DNA of 64,000 bases from Planctomycetota bacterium (GTDB taxonomy: Bacteria > Planctomycetota > UBA8108 > SXIK01): assembly GCA_965223845.1 (NCBI GenBank), contig CBDCXR010000004.1, positions 6,048,001-6,112,000 on the forward strand, read 5' to 3'. Positions within the stretch are counted from its first letter, which is position 1. Every line of letters starts with the position of its first letter. The notes beneath the pieces were generated by a model. It did not search any database. It was given only the letters and a program-made list of their open reading frames with translations, and was not told where the DNA came from. Made by a program: the position numbers and the translations under genes. Below, piece by piece: positions 47,132 through 57,216 of this stretch.

Positions 47132-48124
47132 TCAGAATCTCCGGGTGCGCGCCGGCCGGCCGTCGAGATCGCCGGCGAGTCCGATCACCGCCCACGCCGT
47201 TCCCCAGTACTTCGACGTGGGAAGAACGCGCCGCTTCTTTCGCTCGAGAGTCGACGGCACGGACCATGTTCCGTCGCTCTCTTGGCTCCGCAATAAGTAC
47301 TCTACGGCTCGCGCGATTCCGCGCGTTCGTCGGACGTCGGTGGGTCCGCTCGATGCCGCGAGGCGAAGCACATAGAGGCTTTCTCCCGTTCCGTACGCGT
47401 CGCTCGGATCGCCCTTGAGGTAACCCCAGCCGCCGTCGTCGTTTTGACGCGCGAGAAGCTCCGCGACGAGCTCCCCCGCACGTTCCGACCGCTGCTCGAG
47501 CGCGAGTAAAATGCGGAGCACCATCGCGTCCGTGCTTTGCCGGGCGTCGTCGCCCCCCGCATTCGCTTTCAGCCAAGCGAGTCCTTTCTCCCGAGCGCTC
47601 GCTCGCGCCGGTGGCGAATTCGTCGCGCCGCCGAGCGCGAGAACGGAAAGCGTCGTGCTCACCGCTCGAGCTTCCGTATCGCTCGTCCGCTGGCCGGGAA
47701 GTTGTCCCTGCGGCTTCCACGAACCGTCCGGCGTTTGTGTCGAAACGATGATCTCGCGGAACCGGTTTTTCGTGGCGTCGTCGCGGACGTTGTCGGAGAG
47801 GATGAGCCACGCGAGCCCTTCGGTGTTCCGTTCGCCGACGAGAATGTCCTCGTTCTCGCGCTTCTCGAGGAGCTTCGCGCTCGACCACGTGCGCCAAGCG
47901 TCGAGCTGGTCTGTGTCAACGTCGAGCCCGCTCGATCGCGCCGCGGCGAAGCTCCACAGCATGAACGGAATCTGGTGGCAGGAGTTGCACTCCCGCTTCT
48001 CCATCCACTCGAGACCGTCCGACTCGAGGAAGGGAAGGCTCCGCTCGATCGCGCGGCGGACGTCGGCCGGCGCGTCCGCGGCGAATAGAACGACTGCAGT
48101 TGCCATCAGAATCAGGCGAGACAT
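47132..48124 (-). CDS. secreted prenyltransferase/squalene-oxidase (QW) repeat protein with a CxxCH motif
   Basis: Signal peptide, CNSCH, QTPDGSW, QNDDGGWG, QESDGTW; GGAGG RBS. Confidence 0.85.
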   Translation of the reverse strand: MSRLILMATAVVLFAADAPADVRRAIERSLPFLESDGLEWMEKRECNSCHQIPFMLWSFAAARSSGLDVDTDQLDAWRTWSSAKLLEKRENEDILVGERNTEGLAWLILSDNVRDDATKNRFREIIVSTQTPDGSWKPQGQLPGQRTSDTEARAVSTTLSVLALGGATNSPPARASAREKGLAWLKANAGGDDARQSTDAMVLRILLALEQRSERAGELVAELLARQNDDGGWGYLKGDPSDAYGTGESLYVLRLAASSGPTDVRRTRGIARAVEYLLRSQESDGTWSVPSTLERKKRRVLPTSKYWGTAWAVIGLAGDLDGRPARTRRF

Positions 48125-48396
48125 GAGGTCCTCCCGCTGGCGCGCAACGGCGATTGGAATTTCCGTCCACCATCATTAGACACGTCGGTTCGGGCGTTGC
48201 GCAACGAAACGTCGATCTCGACCGGCGTTTCTTCGCCGCGGACGGCGGTCCGGAGGGGAGTGGCGACGAGCGACGTCGACGCACTCGCAGCGCTCGGAGT
48301 CTGTCGAGGCGGGATCGACCGGACGATTCCTCGCCGCGAACTCTCGACGAATCCTACGGATTCGCCGGCGACCGGTTCCGGGAGAGCACCGCCACC

Positions 48397-48580
48397 AAAA
48401 AGAAAGCGGCGCCGCCGAAGCGACGCCGCAATCCACAACCACTTACGTTGAGGGGTGCTGAATCTCTGCTGTCGACGGAATCGACCGCGAAGACGGCCTT
48501 AGCGTCCCCTGCCGAAACGGCCCCGTTCCACGACCACCCGTCCCACAACGGCTCCAGTTCGTAAGCGGCGTTGGGATCTC
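48397..48580 (-). ncRNA. putative structured RNA/leader with intrinsic terminator (element E1)
   Basis: Enclosing stem 48560-48569 / 48438-48447 with G-U pairs on the minus strand, then hairpin GCGGCGTCG..CGGCGCCGC + TTTCTTTTT. Confidence 0.45.
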
Positions 48581-48752
48581 ATTGTCGGATCACACCGGCG
48601 TCTGGTCTCTCGCGCGGTGCATCTAAGGAATCGCGGCTCACGAAGAAATCCGCCGCACTTTTTCCGGGATTCTTTTCGACCCGAGATCGCGTCTCGATGC
48701 GCGAGGCCTTGTTGCTCTGTTTAGGGTAATTCGTTCCCATCCCGCCGCGAAA

Positions 48753-49478
48753 ATGCGTAAGATGTCTCGGGGTCCACTGAGATGTCGGGGCGAGATTCTT
48801 CCGACGGATTTCGACGGCGGGCGCGAAGTAGTTGTGAGTGATCAAGATTGTCGAGACGACTCGGGATCGGATCCCGAATTCGACTTGGTCCGGCAGGCGA
48901 AAGCTGAGGACAAGGAGAGTCTCGGTGATCTTCTCGAGAGACATCGCTACCGAGTGACGTCGCTCGTCTATCTGCGTCGAAGCGATGCGCTGGCGGCAAA
49001 GGTGGAGCTCGACGATTGCGTTCAGGAGGTCTTCCTGCGGGCCATTCGAAGCCTCGATCGATTCGAATGGCGCGGCACGGGATCGTTCTTCCGGTGGCTG
49101 GGCGGCATCGCCGATCACGTGATCAAAGATCTGGCTCGATACCATTTCGGCACCGGACGAGCGAACGAAGTTCGGTTGGAGATCATGCAGCAAAACGGCG
49201 CGGACATTCCCGCCGGAGGGTTGACTGCGAGCGGAGCGGTACGCCGTGACGAGCGTTTCGAGCGCTTGCGCGTTCAGCTTCACGCTCTTCCCGAGGCGTA
49301 TCGGGAAGTGATTCTCCTCGCCCGAATTCGTGGACTTCCGATGCGCGAGGTCGCGATGGAAATGGAACGGTCGGAAGACGCGGTGTCGAGCCTTCTCCGT
49401 CGAGCGCTCGAGAGGCTCGGCGACGGCGGGTGGGGAACCTCGGGCAGCAATCGCCTGCCGCCGCGATCTCTCGACTAG
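48753..49478 (+). CDS. ECF sigma factor (kinase-associated)
   Basis: DDCVQEVFLRA, FFRWLGGIADHVIKD, LPEAYREVILL..GLPMREVA; true start may be GTG 48834. Confidence 0.9.
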   Translation: MRKMSRGPLRCRGEILPTDFDGGREVVVSDQDCRDDSGSDPEFDLVRQAKAEDKESLGDLLERHRYRVTSLVYLRRSDALAAKVELDDCVQEVFLRAIRSLDRFEWRGTGSFFRWLGGIADHVIKDLARYHFGTGRANEVRLEIMQQNGADIPAGGLTASGAVRRDERFERLRVQLHALPEAYREVILLARIRGLPMREVAMEMERSEDAVSSLLRRALERLGDGGWGTSGSNRLPPRSLD

Positions 49479-49584
49479 GCCACGAGCGAGCCACGTGCCG
49501 CGACCGTTGACCGATCCGGGGTAGGCCCTCAGCAAGATCGCGGCGCGATCCGGATTCGACCGGTCGCACACGAGGACGGAAGCA

Positions 49585-52500
49585 GTGCGGGACCACGAAC
49601 TACGAGGTTTGTCGGACGAGCACCGAGTCGACGACCCCGACGCCATCGAAGAGCTCGCGCGCTTCGTGGATCTCTGCGCTGCGGGAGCAGAGGAGGAGGT
49701 TCGCGAGGTTCTCGCCGACCGCAGGGCGCGGGGCGGCGATGGATCCGATCCGCTTCTCCTTTTCGACGAGCTCCGCTGGCTGGTCGAAGAGCGTCCCGTC
49801 CATCTACCCGATGTCGGCGGGTTCGAGGTGCGCCGTGAGATCGGAAGGGGGAGCTTCGGCGTCGTCTACGAAGCGGTCGAGGCCGCTCTCAACCGGCCCG
49901 TCGCGCTCAAGGTCCTCCATCCGGTGCTTGCGAACGATCGCCGCGCCGTCAGCGTCGTCCGCCGTGATGCCCGCGTCGCCGCTCGATTGAACCATCCGAA
50001 CATCGTCCGCGTGCACGGCGCGGGAATCGCCTCGGACGGGTCTCCGTACGTCAACATGGAGCTCCTCGAGGGAGCGACGGTGCGCGAGCTCATCGACGCG
50101 CGCATCGCCGATGTCGGCGAGAGGGAGCGCGCGGCGACGACACCCGAGGAGCGCACGAAGGAGCTGGAGCGACTTCGCGAGATCGCGGGCGCGTTCGCGG
50201 GCGCCGCGCGCGGTCTTCAGCACGCTCACGATCGGTCGGTGGTTCACCGAGACCTGAAGCCGTCCAATCTCGTTCGCGGAGCCGACGGTGAGCTGCGCAT
50301 CATCGACTTCGGGCTCGCGCGCGGGAACGAGTTCTCGCGTCTCAGTGAAACGGGAGAGCGACCGGGCACTCCGCTCTATATGAGCCCCGAGCAAGTCCGC
50401 GGATTGCCGCGCGACGGACGAGGCGACGGCGTTGACGCTTCGGCGGACGCACTCCCCTCGAGTACGGACATCTACAGCCTCGGCGCAACGCTCTACGAAG
50501 TCTGCACGCTGACGCCTCCCGTCCGCAGCGTCGCTCGATCGGCCGTCGAGCACGAAATTCTCAACACCTATCCGCCGCCCGTTTCGGAGCTGAATCCGAA
50601 CGTTCCGACCGAGCTCGAGTCGATCGTACACAAGTGCCTCGAAAAGAGGGTCTCTCGACGATTCGCGACGGCCGAGGCACTCGCGCAAGAACTCGAGCGA
50701 TTCGCTCGCGCGCGTCCCGTGGAGACTCGGCCCGTGTCGGTCTCCACGCGTGCGGTCCGCACATTCTGGCGAGTTCGGCGCCGCGTCGCGATCGGCGGCG
50801 CGCTCGGTCTGGTGGTCCTCCTCTCTGCGGTCGTCTTGACGGAAAGGATCGGAGCCCAAAGAGAGAGAGCGCGTGAGGAGATCGCCCATCGCTGGGAATC
50901 CCTGATGGAGAACGCTCGGGAAGCGATTCTTTGGGAGGAGATTCGCCGCGCGACCGCCGACGCGACCGTGCGCAGTCGCTTCGTTTCGCTGGCGCCCGAC
51001 GAGGAGATCTCCCTCACCGATCCGGTCACGCTCGGCGGATCGCACCGTCTGCTCGATTCCTACGAATCCCGCTTGATTCTCGGATCCGGTAGGCGCGGTT
51101 CCCCGCTCGATCTCGCGGTCGCAACGTCTCGACTCGCGGAGGCCATCGAGCTTCGGCCGGAGGAACCGGATCCCTACGTGCTGCTCGCTCGCCGCCACCT
51201 TCTCGACGGAAACGTGACGGCCGCCTCGCGAGAGATCGAACGCGCGCTCGCTAACCGACCGGACTATGTACCCGCACGAGTTTTCCTCGCATCCCTGCCC
51301 CAGAATGCGACCGAGGTCGACGCCGTGGGCCGCTGGGAGACGAAATGGCGCGAAGCGCTCGATCACGAAGCGAACATGGATTGGCCGCGCGCTTCAAAGG
51401 CCTACGCCGACGCTGCCGCGCTCAGTCCCCGGACCGGAGCCGGCGAGGCCGAGATCGAGCTCAAGGTGAAGAGCTCGCTCGCTCGAATTCGAGCGAACGA
51501 CGAGAGCCTACTCTTCGAGGCGGTGCTCGATCTCTACGAGTGCGTCCTTCGCTGGCCCCATCGAATCGACTCGCAGCTTCTCTTCGCCAAGGCGTGTTTT
51601 CTCTTCGCGGGCGACGAGATCTCGGGCCGCGGTGACGCGGTCCTCGACGGACTCTTCGAGCGAGAGAGCGAGGAAGACCGGCCACCGGTGGTGAGGGCGA
51701 TCGTCGGCCTCTTGCTCGATCTCGGACTCGAAGAGCGGGCCGACACTTGGGCGTCCCGACTGCTTGAAAATGCCCATTCCTATGTCGACCTTGCCGAGGA
51801 AGCGATGCGTCCGCCCGTCGTGCGTGCGATCGTCGGGACGGCGGTCGATGTGGGGCGCGTCGACGAAGTCTCCGAGTGGGTGCCCCTACTCGGCGGAGAC
51901 ATCGACTCGGTTCTCCTCAAGGCGGAGGTGTTTTCCGCCACGGGAGACCACGCGTCGGCGCTGGACGTCTGTGAAGCCGCGCTGAGGTTGGACCCCGCGA
52001 GCGAGCGCGCGCGCTACCGCAGAGCCGAAGTCTTCGCTGCGCTCGGGCGTTTCGAGAACGCGAAACGAGACTTCCTCGACGTGATCGGGACGCGTGGCGA
52101 GTTCGCCGCGGCTGCGCACAACAACCTCGGCACTCTGCTCCATCGCGAAGGTCGATTGCAGCGAGCGGCGCGGCACTATCGCGAGGCCGGACCCCTTCCC
52201 GTCGCGCGGTTCAACCTCGGGTGGATCTTTCACCGCCAGCGCCGTTTCGACGCGGCGGAGAAGGAGTACCGTGCGGCGATCGAGCGTGGATTGGATCTCG
52301 CCGTCATTTACCACAATCTCGGACCGTGTCTCCTCAAACAGGAGAGAGAGGACGAGGCGATCGAGTTCATCGAGCAAGGGCTGGATCTCGAGGAAGACTA
52401 CACCTTGGGCTGGAAGAACCTCGCGACCGCGCACGTCTGGCAAGAGTGGCGAACGAACGACCCGCGAGCGAAGCGACAAGCACTGGATCGCGCCGTGAAG

Positions 52501-54345
52501 GCATGTCGGAAGGTTGCCGAGCTCGAGCCCACGTGGGACGACGCGTTCTATCGTCTCGGGGAAGTGGAAGATCGGGTCGGGAAGAACGAACAGGCGCTGG
52601 CGTCGTATCGCCGCTCGATCGAGTTTGGAGGGCCGGCGAATCTCGCCTACGAGAGTCTCGCGAGATTGCTGCTGCGAACGGATGCGCCGATCCCGATCGG
52701 CGGCGAACTCCGTCGGCAAATCATTCGTTTCGAAGCCGCGGAGGTCGCGCGTAGGCGGTGGAGTAAGACCGCGCAGCTCCTCGCCGCCTATCGGAGCCAT
52801 CTTCCGAAGCACGAACACCCGATCTCGTACGCGTCGGTCGACGCGGAGATCGACGCCCCGGTCGGTTTCCGCCGGGAAGGCGACGCGATGGAGTGGGAGC
52901 TCTTTGAACTCGCGACCGCACCGAGCGGCGAGTGGACGAAGACGAACTTCGTGAGCTCGGAGTGGAGCCGCGTGGAGTTGTCCCTCGCGTACGGCGATTC
53001 GCCGGATCTCGATCCCGACGAAGACACGCCCAAGACGAAGAAGAATCCTTTGGGAGACGGGGTCTCGGGCGTTTGTTTGCGCCGCTCGTTTCGGATCGAC
53101 CAGTCGGCGGGGAAGACGTTCGCGCGGATCGGCGCATCCGTCGGGAAGGACGATGGCTTTGTTGTCTATTTGAACGGCCACGAAGTCTCGCGAACGAGGA
53201 CGGGAGAGACTTGGCGAGCCGAGCTCGCCCTTCCGGCGTACGCGGAGACGAGCAGCGAGGAGTCGAACGACGGCGAGGTCGATTGGAGGTGGATCGAGCT
53301 CCCGGCCCTCTGGCTCGACGAGGAGAACGTGGTCGCGGTGTACGCCGCGACGAGCGAGGGAGATTCGTCGCTCTACGTCGACCTGAAGATCGAACGGTCT
53401 CCACCGACCGATGTCGTCGCGAAGCGCGCCGCTCGGATCCTCGACGGGCTCAGCGGGCGCTCGCCGGAGGATCCCGTCGTCCGCTACGCGGAAGGTAGGC
53501 TGGCGCAGTCGGAGGGCCGACACGACGAAGCGCTTGCGATCTTCGATCCACTCGTCGCGCTCGGGGAAGGCAGCGGCGAGCCGGCGCTCCGCGCGGCCGA
53601 GAGTTTGCGAGCGCTTCAGCGACGAGACGACGCGGAGCGGATGCTCAGCGGCGCGCTCGTCCCAGCGTCGTCCCTGCAGCGAGAGATTTGGCGTGAGTGG
53701 CGCGAGCTCGTCCTCGCAGACTTGCGCTGGACGCCCGAGGAGATTCTCGAGCGAGTCCCGCCGGTCGACGGATCCGCGCCGGAATCCTACGAGGATTTCT
53801 TGTGGGTGGTGGGCGAGCTGGCCGCCGGCCGCGAGATTCGCATCAACTGCGCGGCCGGAGTCGACTACGACGGCGAGGCTGACGCGGCGGACGAAGGTGC
53901 GGAGACCGCGGACATCGAGTGGTGGAGCCGCGAGCGCTTCGTGCACATCAATGGAATCGTGGAGTTTCTGAAGCCGAAGGAGCCGGTGCCCGATCCCGCG
54001 ATCTTTCAGATCTCACGCTCGTTCTTCGCGAGATCGCCGATCATCCCGGGCCTCAGTGTGCCCGTTCCACGCGGTCGATACGCACTCGTTCTGTACTTCG
54101 TCGAGGATTCCGAGGACGACAAGGACCCCAATCGGGACGGGCGCCGGCGCTTCGACGTTCTCGTCGAGGGAAAGACGGAGCTCGAGAATTTCGGCGCCGC
54201 CAGAGAAGCGAACTTCGATGAGATCGTCACGCGCACGATCGAAGTCGACGTAGACGATGGATCCCTCGATGTCGATTTTTTGCGGCGCCTTGGTGATCCG
54301 GAACTGGCTGCATTCACCATCAAGCAAGTCGAGCCGGACCGATGA
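49585..54345 (+). CDS. Hanks-type Ser/Thr receptor kinase: kinase - TM - TPRs - galactose-binding-like sandwich - malectin domain
   Basis: GRGSFGVVY, VALK, HRDLKPSN, DFGLA, GTPLYMSPEQ; TM; TPRs (AHNNLG, YHNLG); DDGFVVYLNG; malectin IRINC..YALVLYFVE..RRFDVLVEG. Confidence 0.92.
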   Translation: MRDHELRGLSDEHRVDDPDAIEELARFVDLCAAGAEEEVREVLADRRARGGDGSDPLLLFDELRWLVEERPVHLPDVGGFEVRREIGRGSFGVVYEAVEAALNRPVALKVLHPVLANDRRAVSVVRRDARVAARLNHPNIVRVHGAGIASDGSPYVNMELLEGATVRELIDARIADVGERERAATTPEERTKELERLREIAGAFAGAARGLQHAHDRSVVHRDLKPSNLVRGADGELRIIDFGLARGNEFSRLSETGERPGTPLYMSPEQVRGLPRDGRGDGVDASADALPSSTDIYSLGATLYEVCTLTPPVRSVARSAVEHEILNTYPPPVSELNPNVPTELESIVHKCLEKRVSRRFATAEALAQELERFARARPVETRPVSVSTRAVRTFWRVRRRVAIGGALGLVVLLSAVVLTERIGAQRERAREEIAHRWESLMENAREAILWEEIRRATADATVRSRFVSLAPDEEISLTDPVTLGGSHRLLDSYESRLILGSGRRGSPLDLAVATSRLAEAIELRPEEPDPYVLLARRHLLDGNVTAASREIERALANRPDYVPARVFLASLPQNATEVDAVGRWETKWREALDHEANMDWPRASKAYADAAALSPRTGAGEAEIELKVKSSLARIRANDESLLFEAVLDLYECVLRWPHRIDSQLLFAKACFLFAGDEISGRGDAVLDGLFERESEEDRPPVVRAIVGLLLDLGLEERADTWASRLLENAHSYVDLAEEAMRPPVVRAIVGTAVDVGRVDEVSEWVPLLGGDIDSVLLKAEVFSATGDHASALDVCEAALRLDPASERARYRRAEVFAALGRFENAKRDFLDVIGTRGEFAAAAHNNLGTLLHREGRLQRAARHYREAGPLPVARFNLGWIFHRQRRFDAAEKEYRAAIERGLDLAVIYHNLGPCLLKQEREDEAIEFIEQGLDLEEDYTLGWKNLATAHVWQEWRTNDPRAKRQALDRAVKACRKVAELEPTWDDAFYRLGEVEDRVGKNEQALASYRRSIEFGGPANLAYESLARLLLRTDAPIPIGGELRRQIIRFEAAEVARRRWSKTAQLLAAYRSHLPKHEHPISYASVDAEIDAPVGFRREGDAMEWELFELATAPSGEWTKTNFVSSEWSRVELSLAYGDSPDLDPDEDTPKTKKNPLGDGVSGVCLRRSFRIDQSAGKTFARIGASVGKDDGFVVYLNGHEVSRTRTGETWRAELALPAYAETSSEESNDGEVDWRWIELPALWLDEENVVAVYAATSEGDSSLYVDLKIERSPPTDVVAKRAARILDGLSGRSPEDPVVRYAEGRLAQSEGRHDEALAIFDPLVALGEGSGEPALRAAESLRALQRRDDAERMLSGALVPASSLQREIWREWRELVLADLRWTPEEILERVPPVDGSAPESYEDFLWVVGELAAGREIRINCAAGVDYDGEADAADEGAETADIEWWSRERFVHINGIVEFLKPKEPVPDPAIFQISRSFFARSPIIPGLSVPVPRGRYALVLYFVEDSEDDKDPNRDGRRRFDVLVEGKTELENFGAAREANFDEIVTRTIEVDVDDGSLDVDFLRRLGDPELAAFTIKQVEPDR

Positions 54346-54382
54346 GGTGGGCTCACGAGGGGGAGCGACTGGGAGGAGGAAA

Positions 54383-55966
54383 GTGAATCTACGCACGCAA
54401 CTGAACAACGGACAGATTCCTTCGAGCCTCGAGGACGGAGGAGGACGGTACGGCCGGCTCTTTCCGGATCTGGCGGCGTGTTCCGCCGACGAACAGCCGG
54501 ATCCCATCGAGCTCGGGAATTTTCTCCACAAGCTCTCGCGCGGCGGCACCACGCCGCCGAACGTCAAAATCGCGGCCGGCTACACCTTCTTCGGTCAGTT
54601 TGTCGTTCACGACTTGACGTCTGATCCGTCCCCCATCGACGAGGTGGCCGATCCCGACGAGATCTACAACCAACGGACCCCGTCGCTCGATCTCGACTCT
54701 CTCTACGGCCGCGGTCCCGAAAGCGAGAGTCGCGATCTCTACGAACCGCCGGAGATCGCGTACGGAAAGTTTCGTCTGGGTCCGACTCGAACGATTCGAT
54801 TCGATTTGCCGCGCGACCGAGACCATCGCGCGTTCATCGCCGACCCCAGAAACGATCACAATCGGGTTCTCTCGCAGCTCCACGTCGCGTTCTTGAAGTT
54901 TCACAACTACGTGATGGATCGCGTCGCAGAGCATCGACCGGACCTGGACGATCGGGAGCGATTCGAGGAGGCTCGGCGGCTCGTCCGCTGGCACTACCAG
55001 TGGATCGTTCGCCACGAATACCTACCGCTCCTCTGTCGACCCGAGGTCCTCGCCGAGCTGGACGAGAACGCGCCGACGTTCTATCGACCGGGCGACGATC
55101 GTTGGCCCTACATTCCCGTCGAGTTCAGCGTGGCCGCGATGCGAGCCGGTCACAGTCAAGTCGGCCGCGGCTACAAGGCAAACGAGATTCAGCCCGCCTT
55201 GCCCGTCTTCGCTCGAGAGGGCCCCGATCTCCGAGGGAACGTCAAGGTCACGAAGGACAAGACGGTGGATTGGCAGCTCTTCTTTCCTCTGAACGGAAAC
55301 ACGAGCCGTCTTCAACTGAGCCGCGGCATCAACACGATTCTCGACTACACCATGCAGGCGCTGCCGGCGGAGACCCTTCCCGCCAGCGACAGCGGCAGTC
55401 GTGTGCTCGGAACGCGCGATCTCGTCCGCGCCCTGAACCGGAACTTGCCCTGCGGCGACACGGTCGCGAAGAAGATCCGGAGCGAGGCCCCGACTTCTTG
55501 GAGAGCCAAGGTGAAGCTCATCGAGAACGACGACCTCTGGCCGGAAGACACGTCGGGGGCGTCGCCCTTCGAGGGAAAGAAACCTCCGCTTTGGTACTAC
55601 GTCCTCCGCGAAGCCGAGCTCCAGGAGCGCGGCGAACGCTTGGGATTTGTCGGGAGCTGTATCGTCGCGGAGGTGATCTGCGGCATTCTGCGGGCGACGG
55701 GAAAGCGCTCCCCCGAAGCGGTTGCGGCGGAGGCGGCACACGACGGGGGACACGACTCGGAGCTCGCCAGAGAATCCGCGGAGAAACGAAAGCGAGCTGT
55801 TCGAGCGCAGAGTCAGGCGGCCCCGGCGAACGAGGCTCCTCCGCGCGAGGAGACTTCGTACTGGGACACCGGCTGGACGCCCGCGGAATCGGTGTGGCTC
55901 GATCCGGAACGGCGAAATCCGGAGGAATTTCGCATTCGGGACTTACTGAGGCTGATCGGGGGTTAG
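54383..55966 (+). CDS. heme peroxidase, peroxidase-cyclooxygenase (animal-type) superfamily
   Basis: GGAGGAGG RBS + GTG; GYTFFGQFVVHD, RTPSLDLDSLYG, DPRNDHN, WHYQWIV, RAGHSQV, PLWYYVLREAE. Confidence 0.9.
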   Translation: MNLRTQLNNGQIPSSLEDGGGRYGRLFPDLAACSADEQPDPIELGNFLHKLSRGGTTPPNVKIAAGYTFFGQFVVHDLTSDPSPIDEVADPDEIYNQRTPSLDLDSLYGRGPESESRDLYEPPEIAYGKFRLGPTRTIRFDLPRDRDHRAFIADPRNDHNRVLSQLHVAFLKFHNYVMDRVAEHRPDLDDRERFEEARRLVRWHYQWIVRHEYLPLLCRPEVLAELDENAPTFYRPGDDRWPYIPVEFSVAAMRAGHSQVGRGYKANEIQPALPVFAREGPDLRGNVKVTKDKTVDWQLFFPLNGNTSRLQLSRGINTILDYTMQALPAETLPASDSGSRVLGTRDLVRALNRNLPCGDTVAKKIRSEAPTSWRAKVKLIENDDLWPEDTSGASPFEGKKPPLWYYVLREAELQERGERLGFVGSCIVAEVICGILRATGKRSPEAVAAEAAHDGGHDSELARESAEKRKRAVRAQSQAAPANEAPPREETSYWDTGWTPAESVWLDPERRNPEEFRIRDLLRLIGG

Positions 55967-56141
55967 GGGCGAGTGCGTTGTGTTCGTTCAGGGCGGAGCG
56001 GCTTTTCAGGCGCCCCCGCGCCCACGCGGCGAAGCCGCGCCGGCTTCACCCGGGCGAGCGAGCTCGCGGTTCCTCTTAGCCCGAACGCGCGTTTCGAACG
56101 AGAAGCGCTTTCTTCAGGAAACATCAGACAGGAGAAGAACG

Positions 56142-56375
56142 ATGTCGACACATCCAGCGAGGCCCTCGACGCCCCCCGCGATGCCGGAGCACCTCCGCGA
56201 GCGAGGAGTACAAGAACTCATGAGCGCGGGAGAGAAGGCGTATCGCGCCGGCTATCGCGAGGGCTGGAGAGCGGGTTGGCGAGCCGGCCTCAGCCAGTAC
56301 GTCCGCCCGGCCGACGGGTCGGCGCCGAATCTCGAAGCCCCTCAGCTCGAAGATGAAGGCGAAGGCGTCGAGTGA
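56142..56375 (+). CDS. 77-aa small protein with aromatic GxxxG repeats
   Basis: AGGAGA RBS; MSTHPARPSTPPAMP...AYRAGYREGWRAGWRAG; stop abuts the next start. Confidence 0.7.
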   Translation: MSTHPARPSTPPAMPEHLRERGVQELMSAGEKAYRAGYREGWRAGWRAGLSQYVRPADGSAPNLEAPQLEDEGEGVE

Positions 56376-56376
56376 G

Positions 56377-57210
56377 ATGGCTCGTCTCATCGCACTGACC
56401 AGTCTCGGATCGTCCGACTATCGTCGAACCGCGGAGCTCTGCCTGCGCTCGCTTCGAACGCACGGGCGCTTCCGCGGCGACATCGTGGTCTTCTCGAACA
56501 ACGACTTCGCCACGGACGATCCGAACGTTCGCGTTCTTCCCGCGCCGGAGAAGCTCGACCGCCGGGCGATGCACGAGTACAAGCCAGCGGCGGCGGCGCA
56601 GCTCGAGACCAGTGGCTATGACCGCGTTTTGGTCATGGACTCCGATATGATCGCGATCGCCGACATCGCACCTCTTTTCGATCTCGCCGACGCGGCGGTC
56701 TGCGGTGTGGAAGAACGGCCCTGGACTCGAATGGTGGACGCCCCCTGCGGTGGGTGTCTGTCCGAGTCCGAGAAGCGAATGGTCGGAGATCGCTGGGGAG
56801 TGAACGGGGGCCTGCTGTGCGCCCCTTCGACTCTCTTTCGTAGGGCGATGTCGCTCTGGTTCTCTGAGATCCGGGCACAGCACGGCCAGCTCAACGAGTG
56901 GCTCGACCAGCCACCGCTCAACCGACTGATCGCGACGGGGCAGATCCCGTTTCGAGCTTATCCGCACGGCTGGGTCGACATGCCACCCATGTATCGATGG
57001 AACGGCGGAGAGTTCCGAGTGACGCACGAGACGAAGCTGCTTCATCTCTGCTGGCCGGATAAGGAGCAAGCCTCCGACGAAATGGAAACTCTGCTCGACG
57101 CGCTCGACGATCGGAGGCTCGAAGCAACTCGAGTTTCTGCGGGGCAGACGTGTGCCGATCCGGGCGTTCGCCCGGGCGGCGAACTATCGACGTCAACTCA
57201 TTCGAGGTGA
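56377..57210 (+). CDS. GT-A fold glycosyltransferase (GT8-like)
   Basis: SLR, YDRVLVMDSDM (DxD), VNGG, WLDQPPLN, LLH. Confidence 0.8.
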   Translation: MARLIALTSLGSSDYRRTAELCLRSLRTHGRFRGDIVVFSNNDFATDDPNVRVLPAPEKLDRRAMHEYKPAAAAQLETSGYDRVLVMDSDMIAIADIAPLFDLADAAVCGVEERPWTRMVDAPCGGCLSESEKRMVGDRWGVNGGLLCAPSTLFRRAMSLWFSEIRAQHGQLNEWLDQPPLNRLIATGQIPFRAYPHGWVDMPPMYRWNGGEFRVTHETKLLHLCWPDKEQASDEMETLLDALDDRRLEATRVSAGQTCADPGVRPGGELSTSTHSR

Positions 57211-57216
57211 GAAACG

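Noticed and set aside
47132-48124. Squalene-hopene cyclase (shc)
   Set aside because: Too short, exported and lacking the DxDD motif.
456-53946. Long opposite-strand or alternate-frame ORFs (e.g. 456..2489, 12854..14770, 33350..35494, 40204..41745, 51886..53946)
   Set aside because: They overlap well-supported genes, lack motifs and show the Arg/Ala/Val bias typical of high-GC shadow frames.
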